From Flavobacteriales bacterium (lineage in GTDB: Bacteria; Bacteroidota; Bacteroidia; NS11-12g; UBA955), in NCBI GenBank assembly GCA_002737705.1, contig NSIM01000009.1, positions 559 through 64,558 on the forward strand: DNA of 64,000 nt, given 5' to 3'. Position numbers and translations under genes: made by a program. Under the pieces are notes generated by a model, which saw only the letters and a program-made list of their open reading frames with translations, was not told where the DNA came from and did not search any database. Below, one piece after another: positions 8,067-17,337 of this stretch (position 1 is the stretch's first letter; each line of letters opens with the position of its first letter).

Positions 8067-9407
8067 TTAGCATTGAAACTCTTTTGGATCTAATCCACCC
8101 AGATTTCCACTACTCATGAGTAGAAGTACAGTGGGTGTATGGGATTGTATGCCAGCAATTACAGCAGATTTAAGGGTGCTTATATCACTCATGGCCATGC
8201 CTTTACCAAAACGCATTTCAACGGTTTCCTTGCTGGGAATCTCCATATTTTTTTGGGTAAACACATGGGGGTCAAACAAAATAATTACCTCGTCTGCGGG
8301 ATCCAAACTTCCATTATACCGCGCCATAAACTCCGAATCAAGACTGGAATATGTGTGAACTTCAAATACCGCAATAAAATGATGCGTTGAAAACTGCTCT
8401 CTGACCGCCAAAACAGATGCTTCAACCTTGCTTGGGGCATGGGCAAAATCTCGAATAATACTCAAGTTTGGTGAGGAATACACCTGCTCCAATCGTTTGG
8501 CAGTGCCGGGAAAAGTTTGCAATGCCTTCCATGATTCAAGTGCTGAAATACCAAAGGTTTCGGCCATCTTAACCACGCCTGAGGCATTCTGAAGGTTGTG
8601 TTTTCCATAAAAAGGCAATGAAAAAGAGTGTCCGTCTACTTTTACAAGGCTTCCCTTTAAAATATTCTCATATTGAGGCTCTTTATACGATTCTTGGTTC
8701 GGGTAATTGCTGGCTGAAACAATTTCTTTCAATGCAGCATCGCCTTCAAACCAAAATAAGGATCCATCCAACTGCAAGGTATTGATAAGCAATGAAAACT
8801 GCTTGTGATAGATTTCTTCTGTCGGAAACACATTTACATGATCCCATGCAATTCCGGTTATCATAGCAACATGTGCCTTGTAATGAACAAATTTTGGACG
8901 AGAATCTAGGGGTGATGTGAGATATTCGTCGGCCTCAATTACCATAATTGGCGCGTCGCTGAGTTTGACCATCCTTTCAAAACCTGGCAGTTGAGAGCCT
9001 ACCAGAAAATCAAATTCAATTTCCAATGTCTTGAGAATATGCATCAACATGCCTGTACAGGTAGTTTTTCCATGGCTTCCTGCCATGGCCAAACGCGTTT
9101 TGTTCTGGGAATGGTGGTATATAAATTCGGGAAACGAATACGTCGGAATTTCCAATGCCAACGCATGCAATAGTTCGGGATTGTCGGCCTTTGCATGCAT
9201 ACCCACAATAACACCGTCTATATTTTTGGTTATTTTATTGGGGTACCATCCATTGGAATCTGGCAACAAACCTGCGTTGAATAGTCTTGATTTTGCGGGT
9301 TCAAAAATATTGTCATCGCTTCCTGTTACTGTATGGTTTGTGTATTGGAGTTCCAATGCCAAATTGTGCATCACAGCACCCCCGATCGCTATAAAATGAT
9401 AATTCAT
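8067..9407 (-). CDS. mpl: UDP-N-acetylmuramate:L-alanyl-gamma-D-glutamyl-meso-diaminopimelate ligase-like Mur ligase (murein peptide ligase)
   Basis: Track ORF (GTG at 9485) trimmed to ATG 9407. MNYHFIAIGGAVMHNLALELQYTNHTVTGSDDNIFEP matches the Mpl-type N-terminus (compare E. coli MRIHILGICGTFMGGLA...GHEVTGSDANVYPP). The ATP-binding P-loop is LAMAGSHGKTT. Length is about 446 aa. Confidence 0.8.
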   Translation of the reverse strand: MNYHFIAIGGAVMHNLALELQYTNHTVTGSDDNIFEPAKSRLFNAGLLPDSNGWYPNKITKNIDGVIVGMHAKADNPELLHALALEIPTYSFPEFIYHHSQNKTRLAMAGSHGKTTCTGMLMHILKTLEIEFDFLVGSQLPGFERMVKLSDAPIMVIEADEYLTSPLDSRPKFVHYKAHVAMITGIAWDHVNVFPTEEIYHKQFSLLINTLQLDGSLFWFEGDAALKEIVSASNYPNQESYKEPQYENILKGSLVKVDGHSFSLPFYGKHNLQNASGVVKMAETFGISALESWKALQTFPGTAKRLEQVYSSPNLSIIRDFAHAPSKVEASVLAVREQFSTHHFIAVFEVHTYSSLDSEFMARYNGSLDPADEVIILFDPHVFTQKNMEIPSKETVEMRFGKGMAMSDISTLKSAVIAGIQSHTPTVLLLMSSGNLGGLDPKEFQC

Positions 9408-9502
9408 GTCTTGAAAGAACGAAACTAGCAACTTACGTGTTTCTTTCAAACAAACCCGTAAAAAAATTCCTATTTTTGTACCCACTATATTAAATCCTCG
9501 GA

Positions 9503-10234
9503 ATGAAAATCCTTGTATGCATCAGCGTGGTTCCGGATACCACTACAAAAATCACTTTCATAGAAAACAATACCCAGTTAAATTTGGCGGGTGTGCAATA
9601 TATCCTCAACCCATACGATGAACTCGCAATAACCCGCGGTTTAGATATTGCTGAAGCCAATGGCGGAAACCTGAGCATCGTCCATGTCGGACCAGTGGAG
9701 AGTGAGCCCGTCATCAGAAAAGCATTGAGTATGGGCGCAGACCAAGCAATCCGTATTGATGCCCTGGCAACCGATTCCCAATTTGTAGCCGAAGAAATTG
9801 CCAAAATTGCCGGTGAGTTCGATCTGATTCTAACAGGTCGTGAAAGCATCGATTATAATGGCGGTGCCGTATGCGGTTTATTGGGTGCTCTATTGGAAAT
9901 TCCTTCGATCAATGTAGTAACCCGCATTGATTACGCTGACGGCATATTCACTTTCGACCGAGATATTGACGGCGGTAGAGAGACCATTCGCTGTGCAGGA
10001 AAATGTGTTGCCAGCGCGCAAAAAGATTTGTGCGAACCGCGAATTCCAACAATGAGGGGAATCATGGCAGCCCGAAGCAAGCCCTTGCAAATTATTGCGC
10101 CACAGGGCAATGGAAATTTTTCCACTTATTCAAATTATGAATTACCTCCCAGCAAAACAGGGGTAAAACTAATCGCTGCCCATGAAGCGGGAAAACTCAT
10201 TGATTTATTAAAAAACGAAGCCAAAATTATTTGA
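9503..10234 (+). CDS. etfB: Electron transfer flavoprotein subunit beta
   Basis: 243 aa. MKILVCISVVPDTTTKI..., NPYDELAITRGL and LILTGRESIDYNGG are typical EtfB blocks. It is followed 1 nt later by etfA. Confidence 0.92.
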   Translation: MKILVCISVVPDTTTKITFIENNTQLNLAGVQYILNPYDELAITRGLDIAEANGGNLSIVHVGPVESEPVIRKALSMGADQAIRIDALATDSQFVAEEIAKIAGEFDLILTGRESIDYNGGAVCGLLGALLEIPSINVVTRIDYADGIFTFDRDIDGGRETIRCAGKCVASAQKDLCEPRIPTMRGIMAARSKPLQIIAPQGNGNFSTYSNYELPPSKTGVKLIAAHEAGKLIDLLKNEAKII

Positions 10235-10235
10235 T

Positions 10236-11183
10236 ATGTCAGTTTTAGTATTTGTAGAAATGGGTGACGGCGCTTTCAAAAAAACAGCCTTTGAGGCTGT
10301 TTCATATAGCCGAGAACTTGCCGATATGCTTGGAACCCAAGTTGTTGCCGTGGCAATTGGAAAAGGGATTGATGGTTCCGAATTGGGAAAATACGGCGCA
10401 CAAAAAGTAAGAATATTGCCTTGTTCTGATTCTTTTACAGCAGATGCCCATGGCCGCATGTTGCATAATTTGGTCCATGAATCTGGTGCAAGCATTGTAG
10501 TTATTAGCAATACCTATACTGGCAAATCTTTGGCTCCGCGTTTGGCCCAATTAATGGATGCTTCATTGGCTTCCAATGTTGTGAGTTTGCCCACCATAAG
10601 TGGGGGATTTGTGGTAAAACGGTCTGTATTTTCGGGAAAAGCGTTTGCTTATGTTCATTTGCTTAAAGACAAAAAGGTCATTGCCATTACCCCAAATTCT
10701 TTTGATATAAAATACCATGATGGCATTGCTACAGTCGAAGAATCCACAATGAATACCGAGATTTCTAAGACAACAATTGATTCCGTAAACAAGGTAAGCG
10801 GAAAAATCGTACTCACCGAAGCCGAGGTAGTTGTAAGTGGTGGACGTGGACTAAAAGGTCCAGAAAATTGGCATTTAATCGAAGATTTAGCTGCCGTTTT
10901 GGGGGCAGCAACTGCTTGTTCAAAACCCGTAAGCGATATGGGTTGGAGGCCTCACAGCGAGCACGTTGGCCAAACTGGTATTACAATAAAACCCAATCTT
11001 TATATTGCGGTAGGCATCTCTGGTGCAATACAACATTTGGCAGGTGTGAGTGCAAGTAAAGTTATTGTTGCAATTAACAAAGACCCAGAAGCCCCATTTT
11101 TTAGAGCTGCTGATTATGGAATTGTAGGTGATGCATTTGAGATACTGCCACAATTAATCGAAGCAAGCAAAAAATACACGTAA
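10236..11183 (+). CDS. etfA: Electron transfer flavoprotein subunit alpha
   Basis: 315 aa. The C-terminal FAD-binding block is VVSGGRGLKGPENW...CSKPVSDMGWRPHSEHVGQTGITIKPNLYIAVGISGAIQHLAG...IVAINKDPEAPFF. Confidence 0.92.
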   Translation: MSVLVFVEMGDGAFKKTAFEAVSYSRELADMLGTQVVAVAIGKGIDGSELGKYGAQKVRILPCSDSFTADAHGRMLHNLVHESGASIVVISNTYTGKSLAPRLAQLMDASLASNVVSLPTISGGFVVKRSVFSGKAFAYVHLLKDKKVIAITPNSFDIKYHDGIATVEESTMNTEISKTTIDSVNKVSGKIVLTEAEVVVSGGRGLKGPENWHLIEDLAAVLGAATACSKPVSDMGWRPHSEHVGQTGITIKPNLYIAVGISGAIQHLAGVSASKVIVAINKDPEAPFFRAADYGIVGDAFEILPQLIEASKKYT

Positions 11184-11189
11184 CAACCC

Positions 11190-11810
11190 ATGAGCGCCCG
11201 CATTGAAATGATCATTCGGAACATCGTCCCCGCTCATTCTCACGGGGCCTATACCCTGTATCTAAAAGAACTTAATGGAATTAGAATTCTTCCCATAATC
11301 ATCGGTGGATTTGAAGCCCAATCAATCGCAATGGAGTTGGAAGGAATAACTGCGAGTAGGCCACTTACACACGACCTATTTTCGGCAGCATTGAAAGAAT
11401 TTTCTATTACTGTGGATGAAATTAACATAGAACGATTGGATGAAGGTATTTATTTTGCAGAAATAGCTTGCACCTGCCATGTGAATCGAAATTTCAAAAG
11501 GGTACTACTAGACAGTAGAACAAGTGATGCCATCGCACTGGGTATTAAGTTCAAGGCCCCCATTTTTTGTGCCGAAAAAATCTTAGAAGAGGCAGCCTAC
11601 TCTGATGAACATCCCGAAGAAGAAAAAAACGAAGAATTTCCAGGGCAAAGCGTTGATGATTTGATAGAGCCAAGATCCAAAGTAAAATCGCCCTCTGAAT
11701 TGTCAAAATTTACCATGGAAGAATTGCAACAGATGTTAGAAACTGCCATCAATGAAGAAGAATACAGCAAGGCTGCTTCCATCCGTGATGAAATAAAACA
11801 ACGCAAATAA
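11190..11810 (+). CDS. Bifunctional nuclease (DUF151/BFN) family protein with C-terminal UVR motif
   Basis: 206 aa. The BFN core is LPIIIGGFEAQSIAMELEGITASRPLTHDLF. An acidic linker follows, then a UvrB/UvrC-type motif, EEYSKAASIRDEIKQRK. Confidence 0.8.
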   Translation: MSARIEMIIRNIVPAHSHGAYTLYLKELNGIRILPIIIGGFEAQSIAMELEGITASRPLTHDLFSAALKEFSITVDEINIERLDEGIYFAEIACTCHVNRNFKRVLLDSRTSDAIALGIKFKAPIFCAEKILEEAAYSDEHPEEEKNEEFPGQSVDDLIEPRSKVKSPSELSKFTMEELQQMLETAINEEEYSKAASIRDEIKQRK

Positions 11811-11830
11811 ATCCGTCTCATCGGTCACAG

Positions 11831-12670
11831 ATGTCCATTTACCTTATCAACAATATACCAGTCAAGAAAAACAGCCCCTATTTTAGCCCTGATTCCAGAG
11901 GATACCGCTATGGAGATGGGTTTTTTGAAAGTTGTATTTTTTCTGGTCATCGTATCTTGCATTTGGCTATTCATGCCGAACGAATTCAAAAATCAAGTCT
12001 GTTATTACAAATTCAATTGCCCCCAGATTGGAGCACAGAAGTATGGGAAACGGCAGTAAAAAAGGCCTGTTCGGATGCTTTAATTCAATTCGCAAGGATA
12101 CGGCTAACCCTATTTCGTGAGGGTGAAGGGTATTATGCGCCGAGTGGCTCTGGAGTTTGTATTGTAACCCAAATTACGCCCATCATTGGAGATGCTCCGT
12201 ATGAATGGAATACACAAGGTCTAAAGATTGACACTTACAAAGAACTAAGCAAAAATAGCAATTACATCTCGACACTTAAAACCTGTTCTGCATTGATTTA
12301 TATAATGGCTGGCATATATGCAAAAGAAAAAGGGCTCGACGAAGTAGTCATTTTTAATGAATACGGCCGACCTTGCGAAGCAAGTTCGAGCAATATCTTT
12401 GTGGTCAAAGGAGAATTTATTCTTACACCACCCATCTCTGAATATTGCATTGATGGGGTTATGCGCCGCGTACTCATGTTGTTGATTAATGCCTACGGGT
12501 ATAATCTCCAGGAACGGATGATTACCGAGATTGATTTGAGTGCATCAGAAGAAATTATACTTACCTCTGCTACAAGGGGAATTCAGTGGGTCTGTGATTA
12601 TCAAGGCAAAAAACTTAAAAACGTTGTTTCGAAAGTACTCTTTGATCGCTTGACAAAATCGATTCAATAA
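11831..12670 (+). CDS. Class IV aminotransferase family protein (aminodeoxychorismate lyase / D-amino-acid aminotransferase-like)
   Basis: 279 aa. GYRYGDGFFES at the N-terminus, a SSSNIFVVKG...LTPP..EYCIDGVMRR block and ILTSATRGI are typical of the fold-type IV PabC/Dat group. The exact substrate is not assignable. Confidence 0.75.
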   Translation: MSIYLINNIPVKKNSPYFSPDSRGYRYGDGFFESCIFSGHRILHLAIHAERIQKSSLLLQIQLPPDWSTEVWETAVKKACSDALIQFARIRLTLFREGEGYYAPSGSGVCIVTQITPIIGDAPYEWNTQGLKIDTYKELSKNSNYISTLKTCSALIYIMAGIYAKEKGLDEVVIFNEYGRPCEASSSNIFVVKGEFILTPPISEYCIDGVMRRVLMLLINAYGYNLQERMITEIDLSASEEIILTSATRGIQWVCDYQGKKLKNVVSKVLFDRLTKSIQ

Positions 12671-12751
12671 TTACAGGATAAGCCCGTCATTCACTTTCAC
12701 TCAGCCACACGTATTAATAGACCAATCGAGAGTATTGAATAACCACAGCCA

Positions 12752-14380
12752 TTAATCAGCTTGTAGAAAAGGATACCTATAGTCTGTTGGGGGCACAAAT
12801 GTTTCCTTAATGGTACGCTGGCTCACCCAACGCAAGAGATTTACTTTTGATCCAGCCTTGTCGTTGGTACCACTTCCCCTTCCGCCACCAAAAGGTTGTT
12901 GCCCTACAACCGCTCCTGTGGGTTTGTCGTTAATATAGAAATTTCCCGCACTGTTTCGCAAAGCCCAGGTGGCGTCGGTGATTGCTTGACGATCTTGGGC
13001 CAATACTGCACCCGTTAAGGCGTATTCGCTTGTTGTGTCGATGATATCAAAGAGGGCATCCCAATCTTGGTCTTCGTATACCCAAATGCTAAGCACAGGA
13101 CCAAAAATTTCTTCACACATGCTCCGGTATTGAGCAGAAGGTGCAATAATTATCGTGGGTTCAATAAAATATCCTTTCGACATGTCGTAAGCTCCTCCGC
13201 ATAAAATCTCAACTCCATTTTTTTTGGCATCATCGATATAACCTGTAATCTTCTTGAAGGCTTTTTCATCGATCACAGCGTTCACAAAATTGGTAAAATC
13301 TTCACAGGGGCCCATTTTGACACTTGCCATATCGGCCAATAATTTCTGCTTAACATCCGGCCATATACTTTTCGGAATATACACCCGACTGGCTGCAGAA
13401 CATTTCTGGCCTTGGTATTCAAACCCACCGCGAATCATGGCAGTAACCAATACATCCACTTGGGCAGAACGATGGGCCAAAATAAAATCTTTGCCTCCTG
13501 TTTCACCTACAATACGCGGATAACTGCGGTACTTGGCAATATTATTGGAAATTGATTGCCAAATTTGGCGAAATACTCCAGTACTTCCAGTATAGTGAAT
13601 CCCTGCAAAATCTGGATGTGAAAATATCAAATCACCAACAGTTGCTCCGGGGATGTATACCAAATTAATGACTCCGTCAGGCAAACCCGCTTCCTTAAAA
13701 ATACGCATTAATGTGTGGGCGCTGTATATCTGAGAATCGGCTGGCTTCCATACCACGACATTTCCCATCATGGCAGCACTGGTAGGCAAATTACCGGCAA
13801 TGGCAGTAAAATTGAAGGGTGTAAGGGCAAAAACAAAGCCTTCTAATGGCCTATATTCAACACGATTCCAAATTCCTTTGCTGTTTTCAGAAGGCTGTTC
13901 GCTGTATATCTCTGAAGCAAATTGGACGTTAAAACGCAAAAAATCGACCAATTCGCAAATACTATCAATTTCTGATTGAAAAGCATTTTTGCTTTGGGCG
14001 AGCATAGTAGCGGCATTGAGTATGTATCTGTATTTTGTGCTGATCAGTTCAGCAGCTTTGAGAAAAATTGCTGCACGTTGTTCCCAGGGCATTTTTTCCC
14101 AAGCGGGTTTAGCCGCGAGAGCAGCATCGATAGCCAGTTGCACGTGACTCGAATCGCCGCGATGAAACTGGGCAATTTTATGGTGCCTATCATGCGGTGG
14201 AAATACATCATAGACAATACCAGTTCTCACCTCATTGCCACCGATAAACATGGGAATATCTTCCACCTTGCTTCTGGCTTCGACCAAAGCAGCTTGAAGA
14301 AGACTCCGCTCTTTGCTGCCCGATCCATACGCGTTAATGGGCTCATTGATGGCTTGGGGTATCTTAAATGTTCCGTTCAT
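12752..14380 (-). CDS. pruA: L-glutamate gamma-semialdehyde (1-pyrroline-5-carboxylate) dehydrogenase
   Basis: Track ORF trimmed to ATG 14380 (MNGTFKIPQAINEPINAYGSGSKER..., the typical P5CDH N-terminus). ALDH blocks are VVWKPA, VGETGGKDF and the catalytic Cys region EYQGQKCSAASRVYIP. Confidence 0.88.
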   Translation of the reverse strand: MNGTFKIPQAINEPINAYGSGSKERSLLQAALVEARSKVEDIPMFIGGNEVRTGIVYDVFPPHDRHHKIAQFHRGDSSHVQLAIDAALAAKPAWEKMPWEQRAAIFLKAAELISTKYRYILNAATMLAQSKNAFQSEIDSICELVDFLRFNVQFASEIYSEQPSENSKGIWNRVEYRPLEGFVFALTPFNFTAIAGNLPTSAAMMGNVVVWKPADSQIYSAHTLMRIFKEAGLPDGVINLVYIPGATVGDLIFSHPDFAGIHYTGSTGVFRQIWQSISNNIAKYRSYPRIVGETGGKDFILAHRSAQVDVLVTAMIRGGFEYQGQKCSAASRVYIPKSIWPDVKQKLLADMASVKMGPCEDFTNFVNAVIDEKAFKKITGYIDDAKKNGVEILCGGAYDMSKGYFIEPTIIIAPSAQYRSMCEEIFGPVLSIWVYEDQDWDALFDIIDTTSEYALTGAVLAQDRQAITDATWALRNSAGNFYINDKPTGAVVGQQPFGGGRGSGTNDKAGSKVNLLRWVSQRTIKETFVPPTDYRYPFLQAD

Positions 14381-14481
14381 TGTATTTGCTTGTGCAAAAA
14401 TACAACGCAATGTTCAGCTTTTGTTTGATTATCCTTTCGTTAATTGATCCATGAATGTATTTCAAATAGTAAATTTGTAGA

Positions 14482-15654
14482 ATGAAATGCGTTTTAGTGA
14501 TTTTGATATTGATCGAAAGCACGTTATTAATTGGCCAAGATTTACCCCTTTCAGCCTCACCCAAAAAATCAATAAACCAGACTAAAAGCGATTCCTATAC
14601 CCCACCATCCCCTAGGCGTTTTGTGGTAAAAAAAGTACCCAAACACATCATCCTTATCATCGGAGATGGATCTGGTTTGGCACAATGGAGTGCATACGAT
14701 GCCAAACGTACACAAGGTGATCATACCTCAGCCAATGGTGCCATCGTATTTACCGATTTCCCGGTTTTTGGATTGAGTTTTACCCAGAGCGCAAATTCCT
14801 TTATTACAGATAGCGGCGCAGGAGCAACAGCAATGTCCACAGGCCAAAAATCTCAAAACGGAATGATTGGTTTGTCGGCCGATAGTACACCGTTTAAAAC
14901 GCTTTCTGAAATAGCCCACCTGAACAACAAATCTACCGGTATAGCCGTAACCTGCGAACTCACTCATGCTACGCCAGCAGCTTTCTTCGCACACCAAGTT
15001 TCACGGGAATCGATGCTGGAGATTGGGGAAGATTTTTTGAAAGGATCCTGCATCGATGTTGCCATGGGTGGTGGCAAACAATACTTTGATACGGTGGCAT
15101 TGGTCAAAGCAGGATACGCTCTAGGAACTGGCGAAAAAGCCATTGTTGCCTTACAGGATCAAAAACGCAGGGTACTATTTTATGATAACCAACCCGCCCC
15201 TCCAAAAGCGCAAGAAGGACGAAATAGTATGGGTTCTTATTTGGAAAAAGCGTCTAATAGTATTCTTCGTACGATGTTCCAAAACCCCAATGGCAGTTTT
15301 ACCATGATCGAAGGAAGCCAGATAGATTGGGCTGGTCACGACAATGATAGTGTATATCTAATGGCAGAAATGGAAGACTTCGATTATACCATCCGAGAAG
15401 TTTTAAAAATGGCCAAACAGCAACAGAATACCTTGGTTGTTGTAAGCGCCGACCATGAAACAGGTGGTTTGAGTTTATTGGGCTGGGACAATGATGGAAA
15501 ACAACCCGCAATGAATTTTTCATCTCACCACCACAGTGGCATTCCAGTGCCTGTATTTGCTTGGGGGCCAGGATCAGAAATTTTTGGCGGCAGCTATCAA
15601 AACACTGAAATCTTTTATAAGATCAAAGGCTTGATGGAACTATCAAAACACTGA
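14482..15654 (+). CDS. Alkaline phosphatase (PhoA family), secreted
   Basis: 390 aa with a signal peptide. Metal/active-site blocks are IILIIGDGSG, TDSGAGATAMSTGQKS (nucleophile Ser motif), IDWAGHDND and SADHETGG. The last 18 codons lie in a 46-bp tandem duplication (see the repeat feature). Confidence 0.88.
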   Translation: MKCVLVILILIESTLLIGQDLPLSASPKKSINQTKSDSYTPPSPRRFVVKKVPKHIILIIGDGSGLAQWSAYDAKRTQGDHTSANGAIVFTDFPVFGLSFTQSANSFITDSGAGATAMSTGQKSQNGMIGLSADSTPFKTLSEIAHLNNKSTGIAVTCELTHATPAAFFAHQVSRESMLEIGEDFLKGSCIDVAMGGGKQYFDTVALVKAGYALGTGEKAIVALQDQKRRVLFYDNQPAPPKAQEGRNSMGSYLEKASNSILRTMFQNPNGSFTMIEGSQIDWAGHDNDSVYLMAEMEDFDYTIREVLKMAKQQQNTLVVVSADHETGGLSLLGWDNDGKQPAMNFSSHHHSGIPVPVFAWGPGSEIFGGSYQNTEIFYKIKGLMELSKH

Positions 15655-15692
15655 AATCTTTTATAAGACCAACAGATTGATGGAACTATCAA
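15601..15692. repeat. Tandem duplication, 2 x 46 bp (4 mismatches), spanning the alkaline phosphatase stop codon
   Basis: 15601..15646 is aacactgaaatcttttataagatcaaaggcttgatggaactatcaa. 15647..15692 is aacactgaaatcttttataagaccaacagattgatggaactatcaa. The unit length is not a multiple of 3. Confidence 0.9.
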
Positions 15693-15715
15693 GCAAAAAG
15701 AAATAACTTGCACCC

Positions 15716-16447
15716 ATGAGCAATCCATTGCGATTTGGTATTATTATTCCGGCAAGATTTGCCAGTACCCGGTTTCCTGGAAAACCCTTACAAGATTTGG
15801 GCGGAAAAACCTTGATTGAGCGTGTGGTAGATGCCGCAAAACTAGCCAACCCACAAGCTGGTATCGCTGTTGCCACAGACGATATACGTATTGCTGAACA
15901 CCTCGCAGATAAATGCCGCGTACTTATGACCAAAAATACGCATCCCAGCGGTACAGATAGATGCGCCGAAGCCTTTGAACAATTACAATGGGATTGCGAT
16001 GTGGTTGTAAATCTTCAAGGGGATGAACCCTTTATCCAAGCAGATCAGGTGGCTTTATTGCTGTCGGCCTTTGAAGATTCAAACATAGACATCGCTACAT
16101 TGAAAATCGCCATCAAGGACTCAGAAGATATTGCCGACCCCAACATCGTAAAGGTGGTTTGTGACAAAAACGACAAAGCCTTGTATTTTTCTCGGGCCTC
16201 TATTCCTTTTAAACGCAGCATCACAAATGAAGTTCAGCACTTTCGGCACATCGGCATGTATGCATTTCGTTGCACCGCATTACAAAATATAGCTTCATTA
16301 AAGCCCAGCATGTTGGAAATTACCGAACTATTAGAGCAATTGCGCTGGCTAGAAAACGGATTGTCTATTGGCGTCAAAGAAACCCATTGGGCCTCCCCGG
16401 CCATTGATACCCCTGAGGATCTAGCCAAAGCATTGAAGTTTTTATAA
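15716..16447 (+). CDS. kdsB: 3-deoxy-manno-octulosonate cytidylyltransferase (CMP-KDO synthetase)
   Basis: 243 aa. The blocks IIPARFASTRFPGKPL, VNLQGDEPF and HIGMYAFR are characteristic of KdsB. Confidence 0.92.
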   Translation: MSNPLRFGIIIPARFASTRFPGKPLQDLGGKTLIERVVDAAKLANPQAGIAVATDDIRIAEHLADKCRVLMTKNTHPSGTDRCAEAFEQLQWDCDVVVNLQGDEPFIQADQVALLLSAFEDSNIDIATLKIAIKDSEDIADPNIVKVVCDKNDKALYFSRASIPFKRSITNEVQHFRHIGMYAFRCTALQNIASLKPSMLEITELLEQLRWLENGLSIGVKETHWASPAIDTPEDLAKALKFL

Positions 16448-16498
16448 TGGCCTGTCGTTATAAGAATAGTCTATATGTAATTTGACACTTAATATTTA

Positions 16499-16558
16499 CG
16501 TCGTCAAGTGTTCGTCGTCAAGATAATTTGGACAAGTGTTAGACAAAACCAAGTGATT
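16499..16558. repeat. Array of four CAAG(T/A)(G/T)-centred direct repeats with ~14-bp phasing in the kdsB-TetR intergenic region
   Basis: The units are cgtcgtCAAGTGtt (16499-16512), cgtcgtCAAGATaa (16513-26), tttggaCAAGTGtt (16527-40) and agacaaaacCAAGTGatt (16541-58). An inverted copy, ttGACACTTaa, lies at 16482-16491. Confidence 0.5.
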
Positions 16559-16711
16559 GATTTTGAATTTGCAATAGGTGATTTATTCATCTTTGTAAAA
16601 GGTTTTTTTGTTTGATGGCTTCTCTTTTTTTTAGGATTTTCTTTCCTCGATTAAAATATACATCTACGGGTGTCAAGTTGTTGATTTGCACAAACGAAAC
16701 TTTTTCTTGCA

Positions 16712-16731
16712 TAACTAACAAACGTTAGTTA
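16712..16731. promoter_or_regulatory. Perfect 8-4-8 palindrome TAACTAAC-aaac-GTTAGTTA, candidate TetR operator
   Basis: Read directly from the sequence. It ends 18 nt upstream of the ATG (16750) of the TetR gene that heads the paa operon. The size and dyad symmetry fit TetR-family operators. The function is inferred. Confidence 0.55.
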
Positions 16732-16749
16732 GCTTTGTATCCAATACCC

Positions 16750-17316
16750 ATGACACGTCGGCAAGAAATCATTTCAACGGCCCTAGCGCTTATGCTAAAA
16801 AAGGGGTATCTCAATACCTCAATGCGCGATATTGCCGCCGCTGTCAATATGGAAGCAGCCAGTTTGTACAACCACATCAAAAACAAAGAGGAAATTCTCA
16901 TAGAAACCTGTTTTGGATTGGCTAAAACACTCGAAATGGGTATCAAAGAGGTAAACGATATTTACTTTAATGCTTCCGAGAAATTGCGCATGGCAGTATC
17001 CAGCCATATTGCAGCCATCACCCAAGATTTGAATGCCTCACATCTGTTTGTCCATGAGTGGAGACACCTTTCGGGCGATACACGCGAACAATTTGTCAAA
17101 CGCCGCGATTTATACGAACAAGAGTTTCGTGATATTGTGGTTTTGGGATTTGAAGAAGGTGAATTCAAAGACGTAGACCCCAAATTTGCCACCCTTACTA
17201 TTTTGGCTTCACTTAATTGGGTGGGCGAATGGTACCGGCCAGAAGGTGAAATGCAAGCCAAGGAAATCGCAGATAAACTCACACAATTCATCCTTTCAGG
17301 ACTTCAAAAAAACTAA
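16750..17316 (+). CDS. TetR/AcrR family transcriptional regulator (probable paa operon repressor)
   Basis: Track ORF starts at TTG 16735; trimmed to ATG 16750 (MTRRQEIISTALALMLKKGYLNTSMRDIAAAVNMEAASLYNHIKNKEEIL is a TetR N-terminal HTH). The stop is 21 nt before paaA. Confidence 0.88.
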   Translation: MTRRQEIISTALALMLKKGYLNTSMRDIAAAVNMEAASLYNHIKNKEEILIETCFGLAKTLEMGIKEVNDIYFNASEKLRMAVSSHIAAITQDLNASHLFVHEWRHLSGDTREQFVKRRDLYEQEFRDIVVLGFEEGEFKDVDPKFATLTILASLNWVGEWYRPEGEMQAKEIADKLTQFILSGLQKN

Positions 17317-17337
17317 AAAAACCAACCCCAAAACATT

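Noticed and set aside
9408-9485. GTG-initiated extension of mpl.
   Set aside because: The Mpl-family N-terminus (MxxHhhGIGG...) begins at ATG 9407. The extension has no counterpart in the family.
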